A DNA stretch of 15,283 nt from Sulfurimonadaceae bacterium (GTDB lineage Bacteria > Campylobacterota > Campylobacteria > Campylobacterales > Sulfurimonadaceae), in assembly GCA_041548245.1 (NCBI GenBank), contig JBFESZ010000045.1:1-15283 (forward strand), written 5' to 3'. The notes under the pieces are model-generated. The model worked only from the letters and a program-made list of their open reading frames with translations. It had not been told where the DNA came from and did not search any database. The position numbers and the translations under genes were made by a program. Shown in pieces: positions 1-8,344 of this stretch. Each line of letters starts with the position of its first letter. Within the stretch, counting starts at the first letter, position 1.

Positions 1-2
1 AA

Positions 3-506
3 ATTTTTAGCTCACTTTTTCTTGTGGTTGTTACTTTTTTGGACGCTGATACAGTTCTGGCATTGTTGAAAAAGATAGAGAACAATCACACGTTTTATAT
101 GAGTGAGAGACAAAATTCCTTCGTCTGTGTACCCTATGGTGTTGAAACACTAAGTCAGTTAGCGGATCATACAGATGTTAACAGTACATGTATGCAGTAT
201 CTTAATGATTTCAGGCAGGCTAACCCTTATGAGAAGTTTTATGCCCAAAGTGTTTTACATGTACAGCAGCTCTACAGTGTAGAAGGTTTAAAGAATAGAT
301 GTCTGCTCTTTTTTTCTAGTAATGTGAGTTACAGTGAACGTTTACTTGAACATGGGTATGCATGGATTCCATTTAATTTTAAATATGAAGATCCATTTTT
401 GGATTATCGTTTTAAACGTGTGCAGGCAAGGGCAAAGAAGAGTCGTAAGGGGATCTGGTCCGATACTAATCTAGTAAATTGTCTCCGAATAGAAAATAAA
501 AGGTGA
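3..506 (+). CDS. Exported thermonuclease (SNase-fold)-like protein, degenerate; 5' end probably just outside window
   Basis: The C-terminus LLEHGYAW...VQARAKKSRKGIWSD matches the SNase-family terminal signature. The frame is open upstream of the GTG at 24 to the window edge (IFSSLFLVVVTFLDA), which reads as a signal peptide, so the true start probably precedes position 1. Confidence 0.6.
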   Translation: MFSSLFLVVVTFLDADTVLALLKKIENNHTFYMSERQNSFVCVPYGVETLSQLADHTDVNSTCMQYLNDFRQANPYEKFYAQSVLHVQQLYSVEGLKNRCLLFFSSNVSYSERLLEHGYAWIPFNFKYEDPFLDYRFKRVQARAKKSRKGIWSDTNLVNCLRIENKR

Positions 507-559
507 TCTTTTTAGCTAACAAGAGAGTGCTTGGAGGAAGTAAAGAAACGAGTTAGAGT

Positions 560-850
560 CTATTCGTTTGTCAAATAGATCCAAAACTCTTTGTGACTCT
601 TGCCTTTGTTCAAAAAATAAAACTGCAAGATTGCTACACGATACAGGGTGATGATCATTTTTGCATAAGGAATAACAATGGCAAGACGGAGGAAAACGGA
701 TTGCTCTTTTTCTCCCTTACTCTCCATCATTTCTTGTATACCAATGTTTTTGCTCAGGTAAATACCAAAGAGTAAAGAGAAAACGAAGTTTAAAATAATA
801 CCAAAAAGAATATAAGCGATGAGCTCTTGCTCAAACATGCCTGCTATCAT
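560..850 (-). CDS. Small hypothetical membrane protein (1-2 TM helices)
   Basis: 96-aa ORF with hydrophobic segments (LIAYILFGIILNFVFSLLFGIYL) and AAGG 7 nt upstream of the ATG at 850. An alternative ATG lies at 838. Confidence 0.65.
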   Translation of the reverse strand: MIAGMFEQELIAYILFGIILNFVFSLLFGIYLSKNIGIQEMMESKGEKEQSVFLRLAIVIPYAKMIITLYRVAILQFYFLNKGKSHKEFWIYLTNE

Positions 851-892
851 GACCTAACCTTGAAATGTATATAATGTGAATTGTAACGAAGA

Positions 893-922
893 AAAAGAAG
901 AGTGTGTTGAAACTCTTCTTTT
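893..922 (-). terminator. Probable intrinsic terminator of ppa
   Basis: Perfect 11-bp inverted repeat AAAAGAAGAGT (893-903) / ACTCTTCTTTT (912-922) with an 8-nt loop. It has a T-run on the minus strand and lies 12 nt after the ppa stop. Confidence 0.65.
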
Positions 923-934
923 AATAATATATCT

Positions 935-1453
935 TTATTTGTAGTTGGCGATAGCATCTTCAAGAATTTTTGTAGCAGAAGCTTTGTCTTCAAAACCTTG
1001 CACTTTGACCCATTTATTTGGTTCAAGCATCTTATACGTTTCAAAGAAGTTTTTAATCTTAGCCAAGGTATGTTTAGGAATGTCACCTAAATCCTGGATC
1101 TCTTCAAAAGTAGGGTCAATCTTTGATGTTGGAACAGCTAGAAGTTTTTCATCAATACCGCTCTCATCTTCCATGATCAAAACACCGACAAGACGACAGT
1201 TTGTAACACAACCCGGTTGCATCGGGTATTCAGTAAGGATAAGGATATCTGCCGGGTCACCATCTTGAGAAAGTGTTTGGTTGACAAAACCATAGTTCGC
1301 TGGATAGTACATTGCTGAGTGCATGACACGATCAAGTACTAACGCACCACTCTCTTTTTCTACTTCATATTTAATATTTGAACCACATGAGATTTCAATG
1401 ATAGCTTGTACTTTATCTGGGTTTTCTCCGTGTCCGATTTTATCTAAGTTCAT
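935..1453 (-). CDS. ppa: Family I soluble inorganic pyrophosphatase
   Basis: Motifs KYE, YPANYGF, DGDPAD, MEDESGIDEKLL and FFETYK are present. I moved the start from 1489 to the ATG at 1453 (MNLDKI) because AGGAG lies at 1459-1463 and the 1489 ATG overlaps the -10 box. Product is 172 aa. Confidence 0.97.
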   Translation of the reverse strand: MNLDKIGHGENPDKVQAIIEISCGSNIKYEVEKESGALVLDRVMHSAMYYPANYGFVNQTLSQDGDPADILILTEYPMQPGCVTNCRLVGVLIMEDESGIDEKLLAVPTSKIDPTFEEIQDLGDIPKHTLAKIKNFFETYKMLEPNKWVKVQGFEDKASATKILEDAIANYK

Positions 1454-1487
1454 TAGAGCTCCTGTTAGGATGTAAATTAATTGCGAC

Positions 1488-1496
1488 ATACTATCA
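1488..1496 (-). promoter_or_regulatory. Extended -10 promoter element for ppa
   Basis: TGaTAGTAT on the minus strand, about 35 nt upstream of the start codon. Confidence 0.5.
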
Positions 1497-1662
1497 AAAT
1501 ATATTTTAAAAACATCCTATCCATAACAGCAAGGTGATAATCCCTGCTGTATGAACGTAAAATGGTAACAATAAGAAAAAAACCTTTTTAAGAGGATGGA
1601 ATTACATGACATTTTAATCATCTTTACACTAATATTGGCAAAACTATTTAAAAAGGGAAAAG

Positions 1663-1899
1663 ATGGAAAATCTTGTTTTCGAAGGTTTTAAATTTATGAT
1701 CCTTGGAATGGGAACCGTATTCTCGTTTCTTATCCTGATGATTCTGGCGATGAATCTTCAGTCGTTTATCATTCATAAGTTTTTTCCTGAACCAGTAGCT
1801 GCGACTCCGGGAAGCACAGCAAAAAACGATAAAAATAAAGATGCAAAGGTGGCTGCAATTTCAGCTGCGATCATGCATCATAAAAATGTCAAAGGTTAA
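1663..1899 (+). CDS. oadG: Na+-translocating decarboxylase gamma subunit (OadG family)
   Basis: N-terminal TM segment with the LGMGTVFSFL signature, a Pro/Ala linker and a C-terminal AAISAAIMHH. AAGGGA SD. Lies directly upstream of oadA and oadB. Confidence 0.92.
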   Translation: MENLVFEGFKFMILGMGTVFSFLILMILAMNLQSFIIHKFFPEPVAATPGSTAKNDKNKDAKVAAISAAIMHHKNVKG

Positions 1900-1907
1900 G
1901 GATTAAG

Positions 1908-3692
1908 ATGGCTAAGAAGTATATCGATATTATGGACACAACGTTTAGAGACGGATTTCAATCTGTTTTTGGCGGGCGTGTATTAATGAATGATTTCTTT
2001 CCTGCGGTTGAGGCAGCGAAAGAAGCAGGAATCACACATTTCGAGTTTGGAGGTGGTGCACGTTTTCAATCTCTTTATTTTTATCTGAATGAAGATGCAT
2101 TTACAATGATGGACCGTTTTCGTGAGATCGTTGGTCCAGATGCAAACCTCCAGACACTTGCGCGTGGTGTGAATACCGTTATGTTGGATACCGGTTCACG
2201 TGAGCTTGTTGACTTGCATGCAAAGATGTTTAAAAAGCACGGTACAACGACAATTCGTAACTTTGATGCACTCAATGATGTTGAAAACTTAAAATATTCA
2301 GGTGAGCGTATTACGCATCACGGCCTTAAGCACGAAGTCGTTGTGACGATGATGGACCTTCCTCCGGGATGTGTCGGAGCACATGATGTTGCGTTCTATG
2401 AAAAGACGTTACGCGAGATCCTTGACTCAGGTATCCCTTACGACTCTATCTGTTTCAAAGACGCTTCGGGAACGTCTTCTCCTAAGAAAGTATATGAGAC
2501 AATCAAAATGGCACGTGGCCTTGTCCCTGAAGGAACTCATCTACGTCTTCATACTCATGAGACGGCAGGTGTCTCAGTTGCTTGTTATTTAGCGGCTCTT
2601 GAAGCAGGTATCGATGGTATTGATATGGCAGCAGCTCCAGTATCAGGTGGTACATCACAGCCAGATATTTTAACAATGCTTCATGCAACGAAGGGAAGTG
2701 ATTTCGATCTTGGCGGTTTAGAGATTGATAAGATCTTAACCTATGAGAAAGAGCTGCAAAACGCTTTAGAAGATTACTTCATGCCACCAGAAGCGACGAT
2801 GGTCTCTCCATTGATCCCATTCTCTCCAATGCCAGGTGGTGCATTGACTGCTAATACACAGATGATGCGTGATAATAATATTTTAGACCGCTACCCGGAT
2901 GTCATCGATGCGATGCGTGAAGTTGTTGAACGTGGTGGTTACGGTACTTCTGTAACACCTGTATCTCAATTCTATTTCCAGCAAGCGCTTAACAATGTTA
3001 TGCAAGGTCCATGGAAAGCCATTGCCCCAGGTTATGGAAAGATGGTCCTTGGCTACTTTGGTAAGACGCCTGTTGCTCCAGACCCAGAGATCGTCAAGAT
3101 TGCTTCAGAAAAGTTGAACTTGGAACCGACAACTGAAAATGCGATCGACCTTGCTGATGCTGATGAGACAAAATCATTGGCTTATTGGAAGAAGAAGCTG
3201 GAAGATAAAGGGATCGAAACGACGGAAGAAAACATCTTTATTGCCGCAGCTTGTCAGGAGAAAGGTATCACTTTCTTAAAAGGTGAAGCCGAAGTCAACG
3301 TTAGAAAAAATTCAGATATGCAAACAGAAGGAAGTACAAAAATGAGTTCAGGATCTTATACAGTAGTAGTCAACGGAGAAAAGTTCAGTGTTCAAGTTGC
3401 TGAGGGTGATGCGAATATCGAAGTAACAGCTGTCAATGGGGAAAGTGCACAGACATCTGTTCCAGCTGCTTCGGGTAGTGATGAGGATATCAAAGCACTT
3501 CTTCCGGGTAACGTTTGGAAAATCGTTGCTAATCCGGGTCAAAGTGTTGCCGAGGGTGATGTTATTATGATTCTTGAGTCTATGAAGATGGAAATCGACG
3601 TTGTAGCTCCTCATGGTGGTGTGATCAAGTCAATTAACGTAGCGACTAACGACAAAGTTGTCGAAGGTCAAGTCGTAGCAGTGATCGGTTAG
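1908..3692 (+). CDS. oadA: Oxaloacetate decarboxylase alpha subunit / pyruvate carboxylase B-type carboxyltransferase with C-terminal biotinyl domain
   Basis: [13 protein letters not shown] metal-binding motif (LHTHET), PGG, VTPVSQ and the biotin attachment motif ESMKME. AAGGA SD. Confidence 0.93.
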   Translation: MAKKYIDIMDTTFRDGFQSVFGGRVLMNDFFPAVEAAKEAGITHFEFGGGARFQSLYFYLNEDAFTMMDRFREIVGPDANLQTLARGVNTVMLDTGSRELVDLHAKMFKKHGTTTIRNFDALNDVENLKYSGERITHHGLKHEVVVTMMDLPPGCVGAHDVAFYEKTLREILDSGIPYDSICFKDASGTSSPKKVYETIKMARGLVPEGTHLRLHTHETAGVSVACYLAALEAGIDGIDMAAAPVSGGTSQPDILTMLHATKGSDFDLGGLEIDKILTYEKELQNALEDYFMPPEATMVSPLIPFSPMPGGALTANTQMMRDNNILDRYPDVIDAMREVVERGGYGTSVTPVSQFYFQQALNNVMQGPWKAIAPGYGKMVLGYFGKTPVAPDPEIVKIASEKLNLEPTTENAIDLADADETKSLAYWKKKLEDKGIETTEENIFIAAACQEKGITFLKGEAEVNVRKNSDMQTEGSTKMSSGSYTVVVNGEKFSVQVAEGDANIEVTAVNGESAQTSVPAASGSDEDIKALLPGNVWKIVANPGQSVAEGDVIMILESMKMEIDVVAPHGGVIKSINVATNDKVVEGQVVAVIG

Positions 3693-3700
3693 GCTTATTT

Positions 3701-5029
3701 ATGAATAAGATTATAATCCAATTGTTTATGCTTCTTGCATTTTCGTTGTCTGCTTTTGCTTCATCAGCAGAACACACAGGCCATGAAGAAGTTTCAAGCA
3801 CGCACAAAGAGGAGACATATAAGTCTCAGTCTATGGGCGAGATGGTTGTAAACTTCTTAAAGTCTACAGGTGTCAATGCGATCTTGAATCCGGATCCAAA
3901 TGAGTTGAACTCTCATGGTGAAAAGATGAATGACTTCCATAAATCTTGGGGTCGTGTCGTGATGATCCTTGTGACATTTTTACTCTTTTATCTGGCTATT
4001 GCTAAAGGTTATGAACCATTGCTTCTACTGCCGATCGCATTTGGTGGATTGTTGGCAAACATTCCGGTTGCAAACATTGCTGGTCCGCACGGTTTCCTGG
4101 GTGTTATCTATAATATGGGGCTGGCTAACGAGATGTTCCCGATCATCATCTTTATGGGTGTGGGTGCGATGACAGACTTTGGTCCGCTTTTATCTAACCC
4201 TAAGACGGCACTTCTTGGTGGAGCGGCACAGTTCGGTATTTTTGGAACATTGGTCGGTGCCGTTGCCCTTTCACAATATACGGATATTTTTGACTTTACG
4301 CTTCGACAGGCTTCAGCTATCTCTATCATCGGTGGAGCGGACGGACCAACCTCGATCTTCATCGCAACAAAACTTGCGCCTGAACTTTTAGGGGCTATTG
4401 CAGTGGCATCGTATTCGTATATGGCGCTTGTTCCGATTATTCAGCCTCCAATCATGAAAGCTTTGACAACGAAGAAAGAGCGTGTGATCAAGATGACGAC
4501 AAGACGTCATGTCAGCCGTTTGGAAAAACTTATTTTCCCAATCATGGTATTGACACTGGCTATTATGGTCCTTCCAGATTCAACACCGCTTATCGGTGCC
4601 TTTATGTTCGGTAACTTCTTGAAAGAGTCGGGTGTGGTTGAGCGTTTGAATGACACGCTTCAAAACGCATTGATCAATATAGTGACTATTTTCCTTGGTC
4701 TAGGTGTTGGTTCTAAATTGGCAGCAGATCAGTTCTTAGTTGTAGACACATTGGCAATTCTTGTTCTTGGTCTTGTCGCGTTCTCTGTAGGAACAGCTGC
4801 TGGTGTTATCATGGCAAAGATTATGAATCTTTTCCCTGGTGAAAAAATCAATCCGCTTATCGGTTCAGCTGGCGTTTCTGCTGTTCCTATGGCGGCCCGT
4901 GTATCCAATAAAGTCGGTATGGAGTATGACCGGTCAAACATGCTGTTAATGCATGCTATGGGTCCAAATGTTGCCGGTGTTATCGGTTCTGCTGTTGCAG
5001 CAGGTGTCATGGTTTCGATCTTCGGATAA
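3701..5029 (+). CDS. oadB: Na+-translocating decarboxylase beta subunit
   Basis: [42 protein letters not shown] and [13 protein letters not shown] motifs in a polytopic membrane protein. Confidence 0.96.
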   Translation: MNKIIIQLFMLLAFSLSAFASSAEHTGHEEVSSTHKEETYKSQSMGEMVVNFLKSTGVNAILNPDPNELNSHGEKMNDFHKSWGRVVMILVTFLLFYLAIAKGYEPLLLLPIAFGGLLANIPVANIAGPHGFLGVIYNMGLANEMFPIIIFMGVGAMTDFGPLLSNPKTALLGGAAQFGIFGTLVGAVALSQYTDIFDFTLRQASAISIIGGADGPTSIFIATKLAPELLGAIAVASYSYMALVPIIQPPIMKALTTKKERVIKMTTRRHVSRLEKLIFPIMVLTLAIMVLPDSTPLIGAFMFGNFLKESGVVERLNDTLQNALINIVTIFLGLGVGSKLAADQFLVVDTLAILVLGLVAFSVGTAAGVIMAKIMNLFPGEKINPLIGSAGVSAVPMAARVSNKVGMEYDRSNMLLMHAMGPNVAGVIGSAVAAGVMVSIFG

Positions 5030-5042
5030 AACAACACCATTT

Positions 5043-5071
5043 AAAATGGGGACATCCCCATTTTTGCTTTT
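5043..5071 (+). terminator. Intrinsic terminator of oadGAB
   Basis: Stem AAAATGGGG (5043-5051) / CCCCATTTT (5056-5064) with a 4-nt loop, followed by TGCTTTT, 13 nt after the oadB stop. Confidence 0.85.
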
Positions 5072-5147
5072 CATTGACTGTCAAAATACATCTTTCAGTT
5101 TTTGGTAATTTTCTTACACAAACCTTTCTTAATTTTTTAACTTTTTA

Positions 5148-5155
5148 GTTACAAT
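5148..5155 (+). promoter_or_regulatory. -10 element (gtTACAAT) 5 nt before ATG; probable leaderless promoter
   Basis: TACAAT at 5150-5155, preceded by periodic T-tracts. The upstream region is T-rich with no SD-like sequence. Confidence 0.55.
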
Positions 5156-5160
5156 TCAGT

Positions 5161-5997
5161 ATGAATGAAATTAAAGAACCATATCAACTTATACAAAGTA
5201 TCGTCGATGCTCAGGAAAATCTCATTATAGTCATCGAAGATGACAAACCTATATTAATGAATCGCTCATGTTGTACTTTTTTTGGTGTAAAAAACTTTGA
5301 AGAGTATTCACAAAGTTTTGGAAGTTTTGAAAATAACTTTGTGCCTCATCCCTCTTATTTCAATGCCGGGAAAGTCGAAGACGGAGAGAGTTGGCTGGAG
5401 GCTTTGGAACGTCTGGATGAGAAGGACAAAATTGTCAGTATGTTGAGTACTTCTGATGAACCTCGTGCGTTTAGTGTTGCAATAAACCATACCCATCCGT
5501 TCTATAGTGTAGTTAGCATGCATGATATCTCAGCCAATTTGATCAAGCGTATTATGATTGAGAATGATGTAAGTCTGGATAAAGAGAGTGGGGCTTATAA
5601 CAAAGAGTATTTCTTATATACGGCGGAGATACTTCAGGACGCAGCAGCCTATAACGAAAAAGAGATAGGTCTGACAATGCTGAAGCTACTTGATCATCAG
5701 GGAGAGGATTTAAAGAGGTTGGTTGGTAATATCAAAGAGAGTATTCGTGAAAACGACATGCTTGTGAAATATGCATCGAATATCTTACTAATCGCTTGTT
5801 TGGTAGATAAAGAAGAAAATGCTATGCTTTTTGGCAAGAAGCTGCGGGAACTTTTGATCTCAGCGCGTTCGGAAAGGATGAATTTTAATATTGCTGTGAG
5901 TCTTGTTAAAAAAGGGGAAAAATTAGGTACCTCACTAAAGCGTTTAAATAACGCTATAGATGATGAGCAAGCTGTTAATCGGCTACAGCTTATTTAA
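5161..5997 (+). CDS. PAS-like domain + degenerate GGDEF-domain protein
   Basis: N-terminal [11 protein letters not shown]...MNRS is PAS-like. [13 protein letters not shown] corresponds to DxLTGLxNR, and [15 protein letters not shown] corresponds to RxxD-x5-GGDEF with the A-site lost. Confidence 0.75.
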   Translation: MNEIKEPYQLIQSIVDAQENLIIVIEDDKPILMNRSCCTFFGVKNFEEYSQSFGSFENNFVPHPSYFNAGKVEDGESWLEALERLDEKDKIVSMLSTSDEPRAFSVAINHTHPFYSVVSMHDISANLIKRIMIENDVSLDKESGAYNKEYFLYTAEILQDAAAYNEKEIGLTMLKLLDHQGEDLKRLVGNIKESIRENDMLVKYASNILLIACLVDKEENAMLFGKKLRELLISARSERMNFNIAVSLVKKGEKLGTSLKRLNNAIDDEQAVNRLQLI

Positions 5998-7117
5998 ACC
6001 AGCTCTTTACTTTGTCAAAAACAGACTCGAAAGTACTTTCATGTGGTTTTGATTCAATTCCGAAAGACTCTTGGAGCTTTTCAAGAAGTTCTCTTTGTTC
6101 ATCATTAAGACGGCTTGGATAAGCAAGTTTGATCTGGGCAATAAGATCACCTTTGCCATGTCCGTGAACGTCGGCAACTCCCTCGTTTCTAAAATTGAAC
6201 TGTGCTTTATCTTTAGTTCCCTGTGTCAATTCAAGCTCAAGTTCTCCCGTCAATGAAGGTATCTTGATTGTTTCACCTAAAACTGCTTGTGTAAAGAATA
6301 CTGGCACTTCCAAGTAGATGTCATTGCCATGACGGATAAAGGTTTCATCCTCTTCAACGTGAAACGTCACATACAGATCACCACGGGTACCACTTTTACC
6401 TTTGTTACCGCGCCCCGAAACGCGTAATCGGTTATCGTTGTCAATACCAGCGGGTACTTTGATAGTCACGTTGTCTTTGACCTCGGTATAGCCATGGCCT
6501 TTACAGTCGCCACATTTTTCAGCGACCTGTGTTCCCTCACCATGACACACAGGACAGGTCTGAGAGAAGGTCATGAAACCTTGTTTCATATAGACCTGAC
6601 CTTGACCGCCACATTGTGAACAGGTCTTGACCTTACCGTCTTTGGCACCCGTGCCCTTACAGCTTGAACAGGCATCTTTGTATTTGAAGTCAAGCTCTTT
6701 TTCACAACCGAAAACAGCCTCTTTAAAACTGATACTCATGTTTAGACCCAGATCAAGAGGGTACTTTTCTTCAGCACCACGTCGTCGTTGAGAACTTCTG
6801 CCACCTCCGAAGCCGCCAAACATCTCTTCAAAAACAGAACTAAGGTCATCAAAACCTCCGCTAAAGCCTCCTCGGCCCCCACCGACTCCGCCTTGAAGGC
6901 CTTCTTTCCCGTATCGGTCATAAATACTGCGCTGTTTATCATCGCTTAGGACCTGGTAAGCCTCATTACAGAGTTTAAAGTTATGCTCTGCTTCTTTATC
7001 TCCTGGATTTTTATCGGGATGATACTTCTTTGCCATCGCCCGATAAGCTTTTTTAATCGTGCTTTTGTCAGCATCTCTAGATATTTCTAAAATTTCGTAA
7101 TAGCTAAGTTCTTCCAT
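5990..7117 (-). CDS. dnaJ: Chaperone DnaJ (class A)
   Basis: J-domain with HPD, a G/F-rich region, four CxxCxGxG repeats and the C-terminal GDLYV domain. Confidence 0.98.
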   Translation of the reverse strand: MEELSYYEILEISRDADKSTIKKAYRAMAKKYHPDKNPGDKEAEHNFKLCNEAYQVLSDDKQRSIYDRYGKEGLQGGVGGGRGGFSGGFDDLSSVFEEMFGGFGGGRSSQRRRGAEEKYPLDLGLNMSISFKEAVFGCEKELDFKYKDACSSCKGTGAKDGKVKTCSQCGGQGQVYMKQGFMTFSQTCPVCHGEGTQVAEKCGDCKGHGYTEVKDNVTIKVPAGIDNDNRLRVSGRGNKGKSGTRGDLYVTFHVEEDETFIRHGNDIYLEVPVFFTQAVLGETIKIPSLTGELELELTQGTKDKAQFNFRNEGVADVHGHGKGDLIAQIKLAYPSRLNDEQRELLEKLQESFGIESKPHESTFESVFDKVKSWFK

Positions 7118-7194
7118 GAAATACTCTTTTTAAAAAAATTGTTATTGTGAAAAACGTTTCCAAAACTAATGGAACGTTCTGAATGAGTTTTGGA

Positions 7195-7203
7195 ATTATA
7201 CCA
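7195..7203 (-). promoter_or_regulatory. Extended -10 promoter for dnaJ
   Basis: Perfect TGgTATAAT on the minus strand, 77 nt upstream of the dnaJ ATG. Confidence 0.7.
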
Positions 7204-7212
7204 ACTTTTGTC

Positions 7213-7220
7213 GATATAAT
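7213..7220 (+). promoter_or_regulatory. -10 element for mltA-recR, probable leaderless start
   Basis: gaTATAAT (hexamer 7215-7220) lies 6 nt before the ATG at 7227, with no SD. Confidence 0.65.
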
Positions 7221-7226
7221 ACAATT

Positions 7227-8339
7227 ATGAAATTTACGATTCTCATACTGCCAATATTTTTCATGTTCGCAGGTTGTTCTCATAAAGCGACAGATCAGTT
7301 GAAAGAGATTTCATACGGTCAATATCAAAAAGTGTCATATGATCAGATACCTTCTTGGAAAGATGAGAATTTCGATGAAGCTCTTGCGATCTTTAAGAAG
7401 ACATGTGCGAAAACCTCTCATCAAACACTTTTTAAGAGTGTGTGTCATATCTGTATTAATGCAAAAGATGCCAAAGTTTTTTTTGAAGAAAACTTTACCC
7501 CTTTTGTGTCTTTGTCATCAAGCTCATTGGCCACGGGATATTATGAACCGACGATTAAAGGCTCCAGCATTCAAAGTAAGGCATATCCTTATCCGTTATA
7601 CGGGGTCCCTGATGACTTGATTCCGATAGAAGTGCTAGATGAATATAAACCGTTTATCAAAAGACCCATGCGAGGTCGTTTGTTTAATGGTAAGGTCGTT
7701 CCCTATTATTCGCGTAAAGAGATATCTGAAAACGCTTTAGCGTCTCAATCGCCTTTGTGTTACGTCAGTGACAAGGTCGAGCTTTTCTTTTTGCAGGTGC
7801 AAGGCTCAGGGCGGATAATCATGGATGACAATTCAAGCATGTATGTAGGTTATGCAGAGCACAATGGTTATACGTATCATTCTATAGGCAAGGAGATGGT
7901 GGCCAGAGGGTATTTAAAATCGGCAGAGGTCTCATTACAATCTATTCATGATTACTTTGACGATCATCCTGAAGCGATAGATACTGTCTTAAACAGTAAC
8001 CCCAGCTATATATTCTTTAAAAAACGGGACAACAGTGCTATAGGAGCATTGGGTATTCCTTTAGAAGAGGGGCGTTCTGTCGCGGTTGATAGAGAGAACA
8101 TCCCTTTGGGTATGCCTTTGTTCATCAGTACAGAAAAACCACTGTCGAAAGAAAGGTTAGTGAGGGTTATGTTTGCTCATGATACCGGTGCAGCGATCAA
8201 AGGTGAAAATAGAATCGATATATTCTTCGGTTCTACACAAAGGGCAGAAGAAGAGGCAGGGATGATGCAGGCAGAACTCAAACTTTGGATGCTTGTTCCC
8301 AATGATTACCTTGTTCAAAGTAAGCAAAGAGTAAAATAA
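7227..8339 (+). CDS. mltA: Membrane-bound lytic murein transglycosylase A (lipoprotein)
   Basis: Lipobox FAGC. Motifs TGYYEP, FFLQVQGSG and NPSYIFF, plus the 3D-domain AHDTGAAIKGENRIDIFFG. Confidence 0.95.
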   Translation: MKFTILILPIFFMFAGCSHKATDQLKEISYGQYQKVSYDQIPSWKDENFDEALAIFKKTCAKTSHQTLFKSVCHICINAKDAKVFFEENFTPFVSLSSSSLATGYYEPTIKGSSIQSKAYPYPLYGVPDDLIPIEVLDEYKPFIKRPMRGRLFNGKVVPYYSRKEISENALASQSPLCYVSDKVELFFLQVQGSGRIIMDDNSSMYVGYAEHNGYTYHSIGKEMVARGYLKSAEVSLQSIHDYFDDHPEAIDTVLNSNPSYIFFKKRDNSAIGALGIPLEEGRSVAVDRENIPLGMPLFISTEKPLSKERLVRVMFAHDTGAAIKGENRIDIFFGSTQRAEEEAGMMQAELKLWMLVPNDYLVQSKQRVK

Positions 8340-8344
8340 TAGCT

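Noticed and set aside
847..1268. ORFs 847..1086 (-) and 945..1268 (+)
   Set aside because: Alternative-frame or antisense shadows of ppa, with no recognisable motifs.
1454..1489. 12-aa N-terminal extension of Ppa given by the ORF track
   Set aside because: A strong AGGAG precedes the ATG at 1453, and the 1489 ATG overlaps the predicted -10 box.
1636..1651. TTGGCA resembling a sigma54 -24 element upstream of oadG
   Set aside because: The required -12 GC is missing (reads TTTA).
2081..5040. Several short ORFs overlapping oadA and oadB
   Set aside because: Antisense or off-frame shadows of conserved genes, with no protein signature.
7152..7195. CIRCE, HAIR or LexA box upstream of dnaJ
   Set aside because: The sequences do not match these consensuses. 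GAACGTTC lacks the N4 spacer of the Gram-positive SOS box.
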